Assembly (NCBI GenBank): GCA_963766295.1
Contig: CAVXYW010000002.1
Location: 204,297-268,296, forward strand
Length of the DNA: 64,000 nucleotides
Source of the DNA: an uncultured Actinomycetes bacterium
GTDB taxonomy: Bacteria; Actinomycetota; JAICYB01
Reading direction: 5' to 3'
Numbering within the stretch: the stretch's first letter is position 1; every line of letters starts with the position of its first letter. Under the pieces are notes generated by a model that saw nothing but the letters and a program-made list of their open reading frames with translations, was not told where the DNA came from and made no database searches. This document shows positions 27,244 to 36,864 of this stretch, in pieces. The position numbers and the translations under genes are program-made.

Positions 27244-27864
27244 ATGCCTCGAGACTTGCGAAAGATCCCATGGGACGTGCGTTATAAATTCGGAGCAAAG
27301 CTCGCCTCGGATCTGCGTCGGCTGTCCATCAAACTCACTCATCGTCATTGTCGGGTCGAGTTTCAGGGTCCGGTACGAATCGGTCCGGGGTTCGTCCTCG
27401 AGATTCCGGATCGTGGCGAGTTCGTCGTCGGCCCAGACGTAATCTTCCGGCGCGGCTTCGTCTGCGAGATCAGCGGGACCGGCCGGGTCGTCATCGGCGC
27501 CGGCACCACGTTCACGTCGAATGCGCTCATCCAGTGCAGCACATCGGTCGAGATCGGCGAGCGAAACGCGTTCGGCCAGGCTCTTCAGATCGCGGACGGA
27601 AGCCACAAGTTCCGAGATCTCACGACCCCGCCATTGGAACAGGGGTACAACTTCCGGCCGATCAAGATCGGTGACCACATCATGGTGCATTCGAAAGTCA
27701 CGATCGTGGCAAACGTCGGGGATTACGCCGTTGTTGGAGCGAACTCACTCGTCACAAAGGACGTACCGGCCTACTGTTTGGCTGGTGGTGTTCCTGCTCG
27801 CATCATCGAGTACTTCGGTCCAGAAGAACGGCGGCCGGTAGGGCTCGACATAAAGCGGGGATGA
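27244..27864 (+). CDS. left-handed beta-helix (hexapeptide-repeat) acyl/acetyltransferase
   Basis: Imperfect hexapeptide repeats, ending in 'IKIGDHIMVHSKVTIVANVGDYAVVGANSLVTKDVPAYCLAGGVPARIIEY', which is typical of sugar O-acetyltransferases. Confidence 0.85.
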   Translation: MPRDLRKIPWDVRYKFGAKLASDLRRLSIKLTHRHCRVEFQGPVRIGPGFVLEIPDRGEFVVGPDVIFRRGFVCEISGTGRVVIGAGTTFTSNALIQCSTSVEIGERNAFGQALQIADGSHKFRDLTTPPLEQGYNFRPIKIGDHIMVHSKVTIVANVGDYAVVGANSLVTKDVPAYCLAGGVPARIIEYFGPEERRPVGLDIKRG

Positions 27865-29490
27865 TCAACGAACTGGCGGTAAGAGACGCCCCAGTTGTCG
27901 TCTGATCTCTGAAAGAAGCCGCGACGGACCGCTTGCATCGTTGCTGCTCTCGGCCGATCCAAGGTATGCGATGAAATGCACGCGGCCCCCGTGATAGCGG
28001 CGGTAGTGCAACAGACCACGGCTTGCGGCGCGACGCAATAGATCCGCTATCGGCAGTGCGTGATGCGGATGGTGATCGTCCGGCTCGGAGGAGACGAGGT
28101 TGACGAAAATGAGTCGAGCGCGGCTCTCGAGAGCCTCGAGAGTCGAGAGCGGATCATCGACATGCTCCAGGACATCGAAGCAATAGGCAGCGTCGAATCC
28201 GCCCGGGATGCTGTCGGCGTCCAAGTCGTAAATGGATGCGTCGATGCCGCGTCGAGCGAGGCGCCATCGCAGGTATTTGGTGGACGGGTTGTCGAAGTCT
28301 GCAAGGGACACGTCGTAGCCGTCTTCGATCAGCCGCAATCCGTCGCTACCGATGCCGCACCCCCAATCCAGCAGCCGTCCTCCTTGCGGTACGAGCCTGC
28401 GTAGCACCTCCCGATACGGAACCTTCGTCGCCGACATAGCGAATACCGTGAGGTCGTATAGATAGGCCTCGCTGGATCTGTAGAAAGTGGCTTCGTCCCC
28501 AACGACCTCCAGCTCGTGCATCACTTCGTGCATGTGCCCACGCAACCTCTCTACATCGAAGGAGTCGCCGAGGTACTCCTTTAGCTCTTCGAGGTCACGA
28601 TCTCCTTCCCACGCGTCGAAGAAGTAAGGGGCCAAGTGCTGGTAGTACCAGGTGTCGGCTCTCCGCTCGGCGACGCGGCGAACAGTCGTTAGGTTTCGGG
28701 GGACCCGCTCTACGGCGATTGGCCAAATACGCGAGACCGGCCGCCGGCCTGCGGATGCGCGGGCACGCCGCGCGAACCACGGCTCGAACCAATCGTGCTT
28801 CGCCGCCATCATTCGCTCGCCGGGAGCGATTCCCTGGAACCGACGCAAAACGTCCGGCCAACTCAACATATGCAGGTGATGTGCGACGGCCTTGCGCTCG
28901 TAGAGCAAGACCATCCCCGCTTGATCTAGACGCCAACCCATGTCCAAGTCTTCGTAGTAGTAGACGAAGTCCTCGTCGAACCCGAGCACATCGTTGAAGA
29001 GCTCGCGCTTGAGCGAGATGTTGGACGAGTAGAACCTTCCGAACCCGGCTACATCGCCTTCGATGTTGTGATAGTCGAATTGCGTTCCGGACCAATCCAT
29101 CCAGCGGTTGATGCGGCCGGCCGCTGCGGGATGAGGGTCGATGTGACCGAGCACGGCGGTGCGGGAGTCTGGGTGCCGTTCATGTACCAACAGGTGGCGC
29201 GCCACTAGGTCCGGCGTTGGGACCATGTCATCGCCCAAGAAAAGGATCAGGGGATTTTGACTTGCGGCGACGCCGGCGTTACGCGCAGCACCCGGCCCTC
29301 CGTGGTCTTTGACCAGTGTTTGAACGCCGAGGTCTGCGGGAGGCTCTTGGTCCGTGCCGTCGACCACGACGATGATCTCGAAGCCGGAGACCGATTGAGC
29401 ACGAAGCGCATCAAGCGTTCGGCGAAGGATGTCCCAACGGCCGCGCGTTGGTATGACAACGCTCAGGTCGGTCGGGTTGAAGGCGGACAT
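27865..29490 (-). CDS. bifunctional GT2 glycosyltransferase / class I SAM-dependent methyltransferase fusion
   Basis: N-terminal GT2 ('DLSVVIPTRGRWD', 'EIIVVVDGTD', 'LFLGDDM'). C-terminal MTase ('GRLLDWGCGIGSDG', 'DAAYCFDVLEHVDDP'). Start at ATG 29490; the ORF-track start 29616 adds a Pro/Arg/Ser-rich leader that crosses the divergent gene. Confidence 0.85.
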   Translation of the reverse strand: MSAFNPTDLSVVIPTRGRWDILRRTLDALRAQSVSGFEIIVVVDGTDQEPPADLGVQTLVKDHGGPGAARNAGVAASQNPLILFLGDDMVPTPDLVARHLLVHERHPDSRTAVLGHIDPHPAAAGRINRWMDWSGTQFDYHNIEGDVAGFGRFYSSNISLKRELFNDVLGFDEDFVYYYEDLDMGWRLDQAGMVLLYERKAVAHHLHMLSWPDVLRRFQGIAPGERMMAAKHDWFEPWFARRARASAGRRPVSRIWPIAVERVPRNLTTVRRVAERRADTWYYQHLAPYFFDAWEGDRDLEELKEYLGDSFDVERLRGHMHEVMHELEVVGDEATFYRSSEAYLYDLTVFAMSATKVPYREVLRRLVPQGGRLLDWGCGIGSDGLRLIEDGYDVSLADFDNPSTKYLRWRLARRGIDASIYDLDADSIPGGFDAAYCFDVLEHVDDPLSTLEALESRARLIFVNLVSSEPDDHHPHHALPIADLLRRAASRGLLHYRRYHGGRVHFIAYLGSAESSNDASGPSRLLSEIRRQLGRLLPPVR

Positions 29491-29582
29491 ACTTGAAGTT
29501 TTCGGCCGATGAGTCTCGGCGGCGACAACTATACTCTTGCGGATCACCGACCGGATCGGTGGGCACAAAGCGCTGCGAGGCG

Positions 29583-30392
29583 ATGTTGAGCGATACGGTC
29601 GAGACTCTTCGGGCACAAGTCGCCGAACTCGAGTGGTACCACACGATCGAGTTGGCTCCTGGACTCACGACGCCGGGCTGGTTCGACACACGCAGGGTCG
29701 TTAATCGGTTGCCATTTCCCGAATCTTTGCATGGCAAGCGATGCTTGGACGTCGGAACCTTCGACGGATTTTGGGCGTTCGAGATGGAACGTCGCGGCGC
29801 CTCGCAAACCGTCGCGATCGATGTTCTCGAGCCTTCAGAGTGGGACTGGCCCGCCGGCGGTTCGCCTGAGGATGTCGCTGCCATAGGGACAAGGAAGAGT
29901 CGTGGGCGCGGATTCGAGGTTGCGCGCGAAGCATTGGGGTCGTTGGTCGAGCGCGTCGAGAAGAGTGTCTACCAGCTCGACCCCGAGATCGATGGGGTTT
30001 TTGACTACGTCTACGTTGGCAGTCTTCTGCTGCACCTTCGTGATCCGGTGGGAGCACTTATGCGTGTCCGATCGGTGTGCCGGGGATCGATGCTGTCCGT
30101 CGACGCGATCGATCTGGGGCTCACGTTTGCACACCCACGGCGACCAATCGCAACGTTGGAGGCACTCGGCCGCCCTTGGTGGTGGAAACCTAACCTGGCG
30201 GCATACGTCCGGATGATCGAGGCCGCGGGGTTCTCGGCCCAACGCCACGGACGGTTCTTCATGCCCGCCGGTGATGGGCAGGCTCGCACCAGACCAACGG
30301 CGCGTGCGCTGGCGTCGAGATTCGGCCGCGAGGAGATCTTTCGCGTACGAGTGGGCGACCCGCACGCGTTTGTCCTTGCTCGACACGCCTGA
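29583..30392 (+). CDS. class I SAM-dependent methyltransferase (WYHTIE / CmoB-like type)
   Basis: 'ELEWYHTIELAPGLTTPGWFD' and 'RCLDVGTFDGFWAFEMERRGA', plus 'VYVGSLLLHLRDP'. It is a paralog of 41015-41803. Confidence 0.8.
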   Translation: MLSDTVETLRAQVAELEWYHTIELAPGLTTPGWFDTRRVVNRLPFPESLHGKRCLDVGTFDGFWAFEMERRGASQTVAIDVLEPSEWDWPAGGSPEDVAAIGTRKSRGRGFEVAREALGSLVERVEKSVYQLDPEIDGVFDYVYVGSLLLHLRDPVGALMRVRSVCRGSMLSVDAIDLGLTFAHPRRPIATLEALGRPWWWKPNLAAYVRMIEAAGFSAQRHGRFFMPAGDGQARTRPTARALASRFGREEIFRVRVGDPHAFVLARHA

Positions 30393-30398
30393 AACGGC

Positions 30399-31211
30399 TT
30401 AGGTGGGTCTTGTCCCTTCGGCGAAGAGATCGGCGATGCCGAAGCGCTTCGTCAGCGGGAACTTGGCCAGCGCGTGGTATAGGCGCTTGGATTTTTGATC
30501 GGGGATGAAGTCGGTGTACATCCATTTTCCGACCCACGACTTAACGCCGGTGTAGCCGGCGGCGCGAAGATACCGCCTTAGCGATGAAAGCGTTTGCTCG
30601 TTCACGTGCATCAGGTGCTCGTAGTCGTGTATGCGCGGATCAGCGGGCCATTTCTTACGGCGCTTGGAACTGATGAGCCGCTGCATTTTGTACGTCACGT
30701 TGTAGAGGGTTTTGCTGGGCATCGTGTGGATGAATATCCGTCCTCCCGGCTTCAGGATGCGGAGTGCTTCGCGCAGTGTGCGGTCGAGTTCCTCGTGCGC
30801 GAGATGCTCGACCACGTCGACCATCGTCGCGAGATCTGCGGTGTTGTCTTCGAGCGGTATCGATCGCGCGTCGCCAAAGATGACTTCCGCTTTGTCGGTG
30901 ACTTTGTGTACGTCGAGGGTCTTGCGCGCCATATCGACCGCGGCCGATGCGTACTCGACGCCCACGGCTCGGCTCGCTCCTTGCTCGACGGCGACGGCGA
31001 GCAGCTCCCCGCGGCCCGTTCCGATGTCCAGCAGTACATCACCAGGTTGAAATCGCGAGAGCGCCAGGATGCCGGGGTAGATGCCGGCGACTTCCTTGCC
31101 TTCGGAAGCGTCCCACTCTGCAAATCCGGCGCACGCCTTGCGGTAATACTCCTCGCTGTAGGTGTCGGGTGGGACGATGGGATCCGGCAGTTGTTCATCA
31201 CGGCCGCGCAT
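30399..31211 (-). CDS. class I SAM-dependent methyltransferase
   Basis: Motif I 'VLLDIGTGRGELL', plus 'AVGVEYASAAV', 'MVDVVEHLAHEE' and 'LKPGGRIFIHT'. Confidence 0.85.
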   Translation of the reverse strand: MRGRDEQLPDPIVPPDTYSEEYYRKACAGFAEWDASEGKEVAGIYPGILALSRFQPGDVLLDIGTGRGELLAVAVEQGASRAVGVEYASAAVDMARKTLDVHKVTDKAEVIFGDARSIPLEDNTADLATMVDVVEHLAHEELDRTLREALRILKPGGRIFIHTMPSKTLYNVTYKMQRLISSKRRKKWPADPRIHDYEHLMHVNEQTLSSLRRYLRAAGYTGVKSWVGKWMYTDFIPDQKSKRLYHALAKFPLTKRFGIADLFAEGTRPT

Positions 31212-31438
31212 GGAGTACGGATTCTATGCTCGCGGAAACGCAAGTGGGACTTCTGATGGCACGGCAGTACTCAAGAGCCGTGAACTCGGGTCGCCGAGTG
31301 CGCACCATGTAACCTCGGAGTTGGTCGATCAGGCGGCGCCCCTCGCCGGAGCGTTAAAGCGATACATGGGAGGAGCCCGTTCAGTCATCCGCTACTGCGG
31401 AATGATTCTTCTCAATTGCCCGTGAAGGACAAGAACCC

Positions 31439-32272
31439 ATGAGCGATCACGAACAGCCTGCAGAGGATCAGCACGAGGAAGCTGTACAAGAAGCACTCGC
31501 CGAGCATCGAGCGCAGGTCGATCAGGTCCTTCCCTCGGGCGATCCAGACAAGATCAAACACTTGTACGTCGATCTGGGAGACATGCTCAATCGTGCTGTC
31601 GAGGGCGACTCGGAAGCGATACCTCAGTTGTCCTTTCCTGAGATAGGACCTGTGCTCGGCCGCCTGGCGGCCGACCTGGGTCCCCGCGTGCTCGACGCCG
31701 GCTGCGGGCCAAACCCGATCTTCTCGATCATGCTTGCGCCGTCACGCTTCATGATCAGCCTGGATATCAGCTGGAGCATCGTCCGGCTCGGTGTTCAGCG
31801 GGCAAAAGCAGCTGGGTTGGTTGTTCACGGCGTGGTCGGCGACCTAGAAGCACTACCTTTCAGAAACGGGAGCTTCGACGGATCGGTGTGTGAAGACACG
31901 ATCGAGCATCTGCCCAACGACCGCAAAGGGGCGTCCGAGCTGGCTCGCGTGCTTCGTCCGGGTGGGCGGGTGATATTGGGGACGCCGAACCGAATCCGGC
32001 TGGACGTGCTGAGCGAGCGATGGCGTGATCGCCGGGCCGGCCGCCGCAAGCCGGCGTCTGCTTATTACGCGGCAACGAGCCATCTGCGCGAGTACACATG
32101 GGGAAGCCTGGAGCGACTTGTGCGTCCCTTTTTCAAGATCCGCGGTCGCGCGACGGTGGGGTGGACCGGAGGCCCGCGGTCGCGACTTGCTTCTCAGCTC
32201 GTGCAGAAGGGCCCTCTTCGCAGGCTCGGCCGGATGATTCTTCTCGACTTGGAAAAACCGACCGGCCGTTAG
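31439..32272 (+). CDS. class I SAM-dependent methyltransferase
   Basis: Motif I 'RVLDAGCGPN', plus 'LPFRNGSFDGSVCEDTIEHLP' and 'LRPGGRVILGTPN'. Confidence 0.8.
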   Translation: MSDHEQPAEDQHEEAVQEALAEHRAQVDQVLPSGDPDKIKHLYVDLGDMLNRAVEGDSEAIPQLSFPEIGPVLGRLAADLGPRVLDAGCGPNPIFSIMLAPSRFMISLDISWSIVRLGVQRAKAAGLVVHGVVGDLEALPFRNGSFDGSVCEDTIEHLPNDRKGASELARVLRPGGRVILGTPNRIRLDVLSERWRDRRAGRRKPASAYYAATSHLREYTWGSLERLVRPFFKIRGRATVGWTGGPRSRLASQLVQKGPLRRLGRMILLDLEKPTGR

Positions 32273-33144
32273 TCGTCGCGTATCGCGATCATCGCCATGC
32301 GATCGCGGAAGTTCGGCGTAACGAGACGACGAGGACCGCCGAATGGTTTGGTGGCCATCCGCAAGAGGCGCCCGAGCGACTGGCTGTAGCCGACGAAACG
32401 TCCTGCGTAGTACTCGAGCGAAAACGTCTTAGGGTGCCGTTCGCTTGAAATGACGCGGAAGCCTGAGGTCTCCAGTACGCGGGCCAGCGTGGTCGGCGAG
32501 AAGTAGAAGATGTGCCCGGGAAGCACCGACCACCACCAGCGCCGAAGACTGCGTGCGACGAGGCTCGAAACGTCCGGCGTGCAGAGATACACCACTCCCT
32601 TCGGTGAAAGCAGCTCGTGCAAGCGTCGTGCGAAGGCGAGCGGGTCGGGGACGTGTTCGACGACGTCGTTGGCCACGATGACATCGAACGAGAAGTGTGG
32701 GAGATCCACCGTGTCGGTGGTGCCCCTCACTACATCGAGACCTCGCTTCGTGGCTTTATCGACGGCCCACTGCGATGGTTCCACTCCGCTTGCCGTCCAT
32801 CCCAACGCCGCCGCCTCTTCCAGAAGCAACCCCGGCCCGCAGCCAACGTCCAGGAGCCGTCCCGGCGGCGGACGGTAATTGGCGATGTCGAGCAGGTTGC
32901 GGTGGAAGGTGTGGCGCAGCCCTTCTTCCTCGACGAGGTACTCGGGATCCTCAGCTTCCTCATAGTGCGCGTCAACGGGAGCGTTCTGGCGAACGAGTTC
33001 GCAAGCTTCACAGCGAACTAGACGGCCGGCGCGACCGTAGAGCGACTCGGTCGGACGTCCCGAAGCTTGTGTCTGTTTGGGACGAAAAAGCCGGAACACT
33101 TCGCGATTGGAAGCCGACCCGCAAAGAGGACAATTGGTGTTCAT
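32269..33144 (-). CDS. class I SAM-dependent methyltransferase with N-terminal 4-Cys zinc ribbon
   Basis: 'MNTNCPLCGS...RCEACE', motif I 'RLLDVGCGPGLLL', 'VIVANDVVEHVPDP' and 'LSPKGVVYLCTP'. Start at ATG 33144; the ORF-track start 33378 adds an Arg-rich extension. Confidence 0.8.
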   Translation of the reverse strand: MNTNCPLCGSASNREVFRLFRPKQTQASGRPTESLYGRAGRLVRCEACELVRQNAPVDAHYEEAEDPEYLVEEEGLRHTFHRNLLDIANYRPPPGRLLDVGCGPGLLLEEAAALGWTASGVEPSQWAVDKATKRGLDVVRGTTDTVDLPHFSFDVIVANDVVEHVPDPLAFARRLHELLSPKGVVYLCTPDVSSLVARSLRRWWWSVLPGHIFYFSPTTLARVLETSGFRVISSERHPKTFSLEYYAGRFVGYSQSLGRLLRMATKPFGGPRRLVTPNFRDRMAMIAIRDD

Positions 33145-33185
33145 GAGGGGTCCTATACTGTGGCATCCAAACGGCGGACGTTGAT

Positions 33186-35120
33186 GTGACTGGGGCTGCC
33201 TATCTGCTGGCAACCTTGCTGTGTGTCGTCGTAGCGGCCTGGTATTCCTCCCGATGGGCACCCGACGCCTTATCTCGCGCCCTGGTCGGCGTCGCCGTCG
33301 GCATAAGCGTTCCGATCGGACTCGCCATCTCCCTGGGCATGATTGGCATCCTGTCCCGCGGATGGTTATTGCTCGCACATCTCGTTGTTGCGGTCGGTTT
33401 CTTCATCGGACGCGAACACCTTGCAAAACGCACGGCGCCTCCGCGCGAGGATAAAGCCGACGCACGCACTCCCGAAGCGTTGGCGTCTGTGTTCATCGGT
33501 GCAGGTGTCGCTTCGTTTGCCGCGGTTCAGACCGTTCGTGGCAGGCCCACCGGCGAAACCGACTCGCGCAGCTATCACTTGGCCAATCTCGTCGAGTGGT
33601 TCCGCTCGCACCGCATCTGGGAGCTTCCGTTCCAAAACCTTGGATACTTCACGGCAACACATCCGGGCAACGGTGAACTGCTTGGTTTTGCGACCTTGGC
33701 AGCAACGGGCGGCGAACAGCTCGCATATCTGACGCCCATTGCATTCGGAGTGCTCGTAGTAGTTGCCTGCGCATCAGTTGCCCGTGACCTCGGCGCCGAT
33801 GGTGGCCGAGGAGCGCTGGCCGCTCTGGCCGTTCTTGCCGCACCGGTGTCATTTGCGACCCAAGCCAACAGCTTGGCTACGGACCTTGCTGCAGCCGCCG
33901 GTCTCATCGCCGCCGTCGCCTGCCTTCTTCGCGAACGCCGGGATTCCGACGGTCGCTGGCTGATCCTATGCGGCATCGCGCTTGGTCTCGGTTTGGGGAG
34001 CAAGTACACGGTGTTCGTTCCCGTTGCGGTCGTGGCTGTTGCTGTTCTGGTCATGCGCCGTGGGCGCGCGCTCTGGCTCGTGCCGGGTTTGCTGCTTTTC
34101 TCCGGACCCTGGTTCGTTCGCAACGCAGTCGAAACCGGCAACCCGATATTCCCGCAGGGGATCGAGGTCGGCTCGCGCGAGCTGCTGCCGGCCGGGCAGA
34201 GTCCGCTGCTTGCGTTGTCCACTTCTATCGCCGATCACTTCGTAAACATGCGCACCGATGTTCTCGGCCGGTGGGCCGAGCTCGCGGCTCGTTTCTATGG
34301 GCCCGTCCTGATCCTCGTTGTGGCCGGCGTTGTGGCTGTGCTCCTCAAAAGGTCGCGCCGCGCACCAGTACTTGCCGTGGGCGGGCTCGCGTTGGTTGCA
34401 CTTGCCGGTTATCTGTTCACTCCGTTCACCGGAGCAGGCGAGAACGGGCTCGAGTTCTTGATGGGGTCGAATCTTCGTTACGCGCTTCCCGCCGTGCTGT
34501 TGGGGGCCGCTCTCGCGGCCGCCACGCTCCCGCGCATCTATTTCCTCCTTTTCGTCGGGGCAGCGATCGCATACGACGGATTCAAGATCCTTCAGGGAGC
34601 AGGGTTCCGGACGGATCTGGACGCCGACGCCGCAAGCGTTGGGTTGGCCTCGCTTCTCGCGGTCCTTGCGCTGATCATCGCCGTGCGAGTCCCGGAGATC
34701 GCGCGTGCGCTGAATCCGAGGAAGCCTGTGGTGGTCGCCCTTGGTGTGGTCGTCATATTCGTCGGAATGCTTGGTGCGGTCTCGTCTGTGGATCGATCAA
34801 GATCACGGACCGAACTTGAGGCGACGCTGGCTTCGATCGAGGCGGACGATGTGATCGTTCTGGGGGTAGAGGACCTCAGGAGCGTCTTAGGTGCGGAACT
34901 CGACACTGAGATGAGAGTCGTGGCGGCAGGAGGAGAAGCCGATGAGGTGCCGTTCGACAATGCCGCGGATCTGAACGTGGCGCTGCGCCGGACCGATAGC
35001 GAGCTCCTAGTGATGCTTCCGGGTTCCCCGGCGGTACCGCGTGGGTGGGAACCCGACGGCGAGTGGCGCAAGCTTCGTTCGACACGCCAGGGGGTCGTGT
35101 ACGCTCGCGCGCGATCCTAA
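33186..35120 (+). CDS. polytopic membrane protein, GT-C-like (PMT_2/ArnT-type) glycosyltransferase candidate with soluble C-terminal domain
   Basis: 644 aa with many hydrophobic helices over the first ~470 aa. The loop 'GIALGLGLGSKYT' resembles GT39/GT83-type GT-C proteins, and a ~170-aa hydrophilic C-terminus follows. Assigned mainly from architecture. GTG start. Confidence 0.6.
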   Translation: MTGAAYLLATLLCVVVAAWYSSRWAPDALSRALVGVAVGISVPIGLAISLGMIGILSRGWLLLAHLVVAVGFFIGREHLAKRTAPPREDKADARTPEALASVFIGAGVASFAAVQTVRGRPTGETDSRSYHLANLVEWFRSHRIWELPFQNLGYFTATHPGNGELLGFATLAATGGEQLAYLTPIAFGVLVVVACASVARDLGADGGRGALAALAVLAAPVSFATQANSLATDLAAAAGLIAAVACLLRERRDSDGRWLILCGIALGLGLGSKYTVFVPVAVVAVAVLVMRRGRALWLVPGLLLFSGPWFVRNAVETGNPIFPQGIEVGSRELLPAGQSPLLALSTSIADHFVNMRTDVLGRWAELAARFYGPVLILVVAGVVAVLLKRSRRAPVLAVGGLALVALAGYLFTPFTGAGENGLEFLMGSNLRYALPAVLLGAALAAATLPRIYFLLFVGAAIAYDGFKILQGAGFRTDLDADAASVGLASLLAVLALIIAVRVPEIARALNPRKPVVVALGVVVIFVGMLGAVSSVDRSRSRTELEATLASIEADDVIVLGVEDLRSVLGAELDTEMRVVAAGGEADEVPFDNAADLNVALRRTDSELLVMLPGSPAVPRGWEPDGEWRKLRSTRQGVVYARARS

Positions 35121-35173
35121 TCAGCGATCTGAGACACTCGATACCGGGGCTACCGGGGAAATCGGGACAACAG

Positions 35174-35893
35174 ATGTCACGCCGAAAAGCCAAAGAGATG
35201 CGCGCTTATTGGAACGACCGCGCGAAGGAAAACGCTCCGTGGTACGTGGACACTTCCCTCCAGTACGACGAGCCGGACATGGAGCAGTTCTTCGCCGACG
35301 GCCGACGCATCGTCGATTACGCGTTCGACGATCCCGCCTTCTCCGTCTCCAATTCTCACTTCGCGCTCGAGATCGGTTGTGGGCTGGGTCGAGTGTGCCA
35401 AGCGCTGTCCGATCGTTTCGCCCACGTCCTGGGGGTGGACATAGCCCCGGACATGGCAGCCCAGGCGCGGAGGCTCGTGACCGAGCCGCGCGTGTCCTTC
35501 GCGATCGGTGACGGCGTAACTCTCGCGCTTGTGAAGTCGGCTTCCGTCGACGCGGTGTTCTCCTTCACGGTGTTCCAGCACATACCGTCGATCAAGGTGA
35601 TCGAGCTGTACATCGAGGATGCCGGCCGAGTTCTCGTTCCCGGTGGGATGTTCGTCTTCCAGTGGAACAACAGTGGGGGAACGTTCTGGTGGTCTGTCCG
35701 CCGGCGTTTGATCGGCTTCTTGCGTCGCATGGGACTTGCTCGTGATGCCCGAGAGCGCAATGCAGCGTCATTCCTTGGGAGCCGTGTTTCGGTTCGACGG
35801 GTTAGGGCAGCGCTGGAGCGCGGCGGCATGGAGCTTCGTGACGTGCAGAACACTGGGAATCTTTATGCGTTCGCCTGGGCGGTGCGGCGATAG
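35174..35893 (+). CDS. class I SAM-dependent methyltransferase
   Basis: Motif I 'ALEIGCGLGRV', plus 'VLGVDIAPDM', 'AVFSFTVFQHIP' and 'LVPGGMFVFQW'. Start at ATG 35174. Confidence 0.8.
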   Translation: MSRRKAKEMRAYWNDRAKENAPWYVDTSLQYDEPDMEQFFADGRRIVDYAFDDPAFSVSNSHFALEIGCGLGRVCQALSDRFAHVLGVDIAPDMAAQARRLVTEPRVSFAIGDGVTLALVKSASVDAVFSFTVFQHIPSIKVIELYIEDAGRVLVPGGMFVFQWNNSGGTFWWSVRRRLIGFLRRMGLARDARERNAASFLGSRVSVRRVRAALERGGMELRDVQNTGNLYAFAWAVRR

Positions 35894-35913
35894 TCACGAC
35901 ACCGCGAGTTTCC

Positions 35914-36864
35914 GTGATCGTGCCCGTAAGGGACCGCGCTGAATTGCTGATACAGACGCTGCGGGGTCTGGCCGACCAGTCCTACAACGACTTCGAAGTC
36001 GTGGTGATTGACGACGGGTCCAAGGATGGATCTGCAGATGTCGCTCTCCAAGCGCGCGCGGACGGGTTGGAGTTGAAGCTCGTGCGAACCGATGGGATCG
36101 GATCCGTCGCGGCGCGCTGCGCGGGAATCCAAGAAGCCGGTGGTCAGATCCTTGCCTTTACCGACAGCGATTGCGTCCCGGACCCAGACTGGCTGGAGGC
36201 CGGAGTCGCAGGTATGGATAAGGGCGCAGATGTTGTTCAAGGCACCACAACCCCGGCCCGCGAGCTCGGCTCGCTCGAGAGATCCGTCGCACACGACGCG
36301 AACGACGGGCTTTTCCCCACGTGCAACGTGTTCTACACACGCACTGCTTATGAACGGGCAGGCGGGTTCGACCTTGAGGCTGCAGCCAGGCTCGGCTTTC
36401 GAATGGCTTCCGGTCGTGCTCTCGGATTCGGTGAGGACACTCTGCTTGGATGGCGTGTTGCTCGAGATGGAGAGTTAGTAACGGCCAGCGACGCCGTGGT
36501 TCGTCACGCAGTGCTGCGACCTTCGATCCGAGAGCTCCTCTGGCGGTCGTGGCTCATCGGCGGATTCCCGGAACTGATCCGAGAGTGTCCAGAACTACGT
36601 GCATCGATGCTTTCGCAGGGCGTCTTCCTCGGCAAGCGCCGACTACCCCTTTATGCCGCGATAGTGCTCGTAGCGGCGGGGCAGCGCTGGATCTCGCTAC
36701 TCGCCACGCTTGCCTGGGCCGGCAATCACGGCAGGCGAACTCTCCGTACTCCCAGTCCCTTAGGTAGGCGGATGCTGGCCGTGCCCGTCGAGATGCTGAT
36801 CGATGTGATTTCGGCCGTCGCGTTGTTCATCGGGTGCATTCGAACGCGGTCGATCGTTATCTAG
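35914..36864 (+). CDS. GT2 family glycosyltransferase with C-terminal membrane helices
   Basis: 'VIVPVRDRAELL', 'DFEVVVIDDGSKDGS' and 'LAFTDSDCVPDPDWL'. The C-terminus is hydrophobic (LPLYAAIVLVAAG..., MLIDVISAVALFIGCI). GTG start. Confidence 0.85.
   Translation: MIVPVRDRAELLIQTLRGLADQSYNDFEVVVIDDGSKDGSADVALQARADGLELKLVRTDGIGSVAARCAGIQEAGGQILAFTDSDCVPDPDWLEAGVAGMDKGADVVQGTTTPARELGSLERSVAHDANDGLFPTCNVFYTRTAYERAGGFDLEAAARLGFRMASGRALGFGEDTLLGWRVARDGELVTASDAVVRHAVLRPSIRELLWRSWLIGGFPELIRECPELRASMLSQGVFLGKRRLPLYAAIVLVAAGQRWISLLATLAWAGNHGRRTLRTPSPLGRRMLAVPVEMLIDVISAVALFIGCIRTRSIVI

Noticed and set aside
27160-27690. 176-aa minus-strand ORF with a plausible-looking acidic composition, fully antisense to the LbH acetyltransferase gene
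   Set aside because: The plus-strand frame carries an unmistakable hexapeptide-repeat acetyltransferase sequence ending in ...VGANSLVTKDVPAYCLAGGVPARIIEY. The antisense ORF has no recognisable motif and is best explained as a shadow ORF of GC-rich coding DNA.
33968-34819. 283-aa Arg-rich plus-strand ORF inside the GT-C-like gene, and a similar 336-aa ORF at 47422-48432 inside the Wzy_C gene
   Set aside because: These are alternative frames of membrane-protein genes. Their composition (Arg/Ser/Gly/Cys runs) is non-protein-like, whereas the annotated frames give coherent TM helices.
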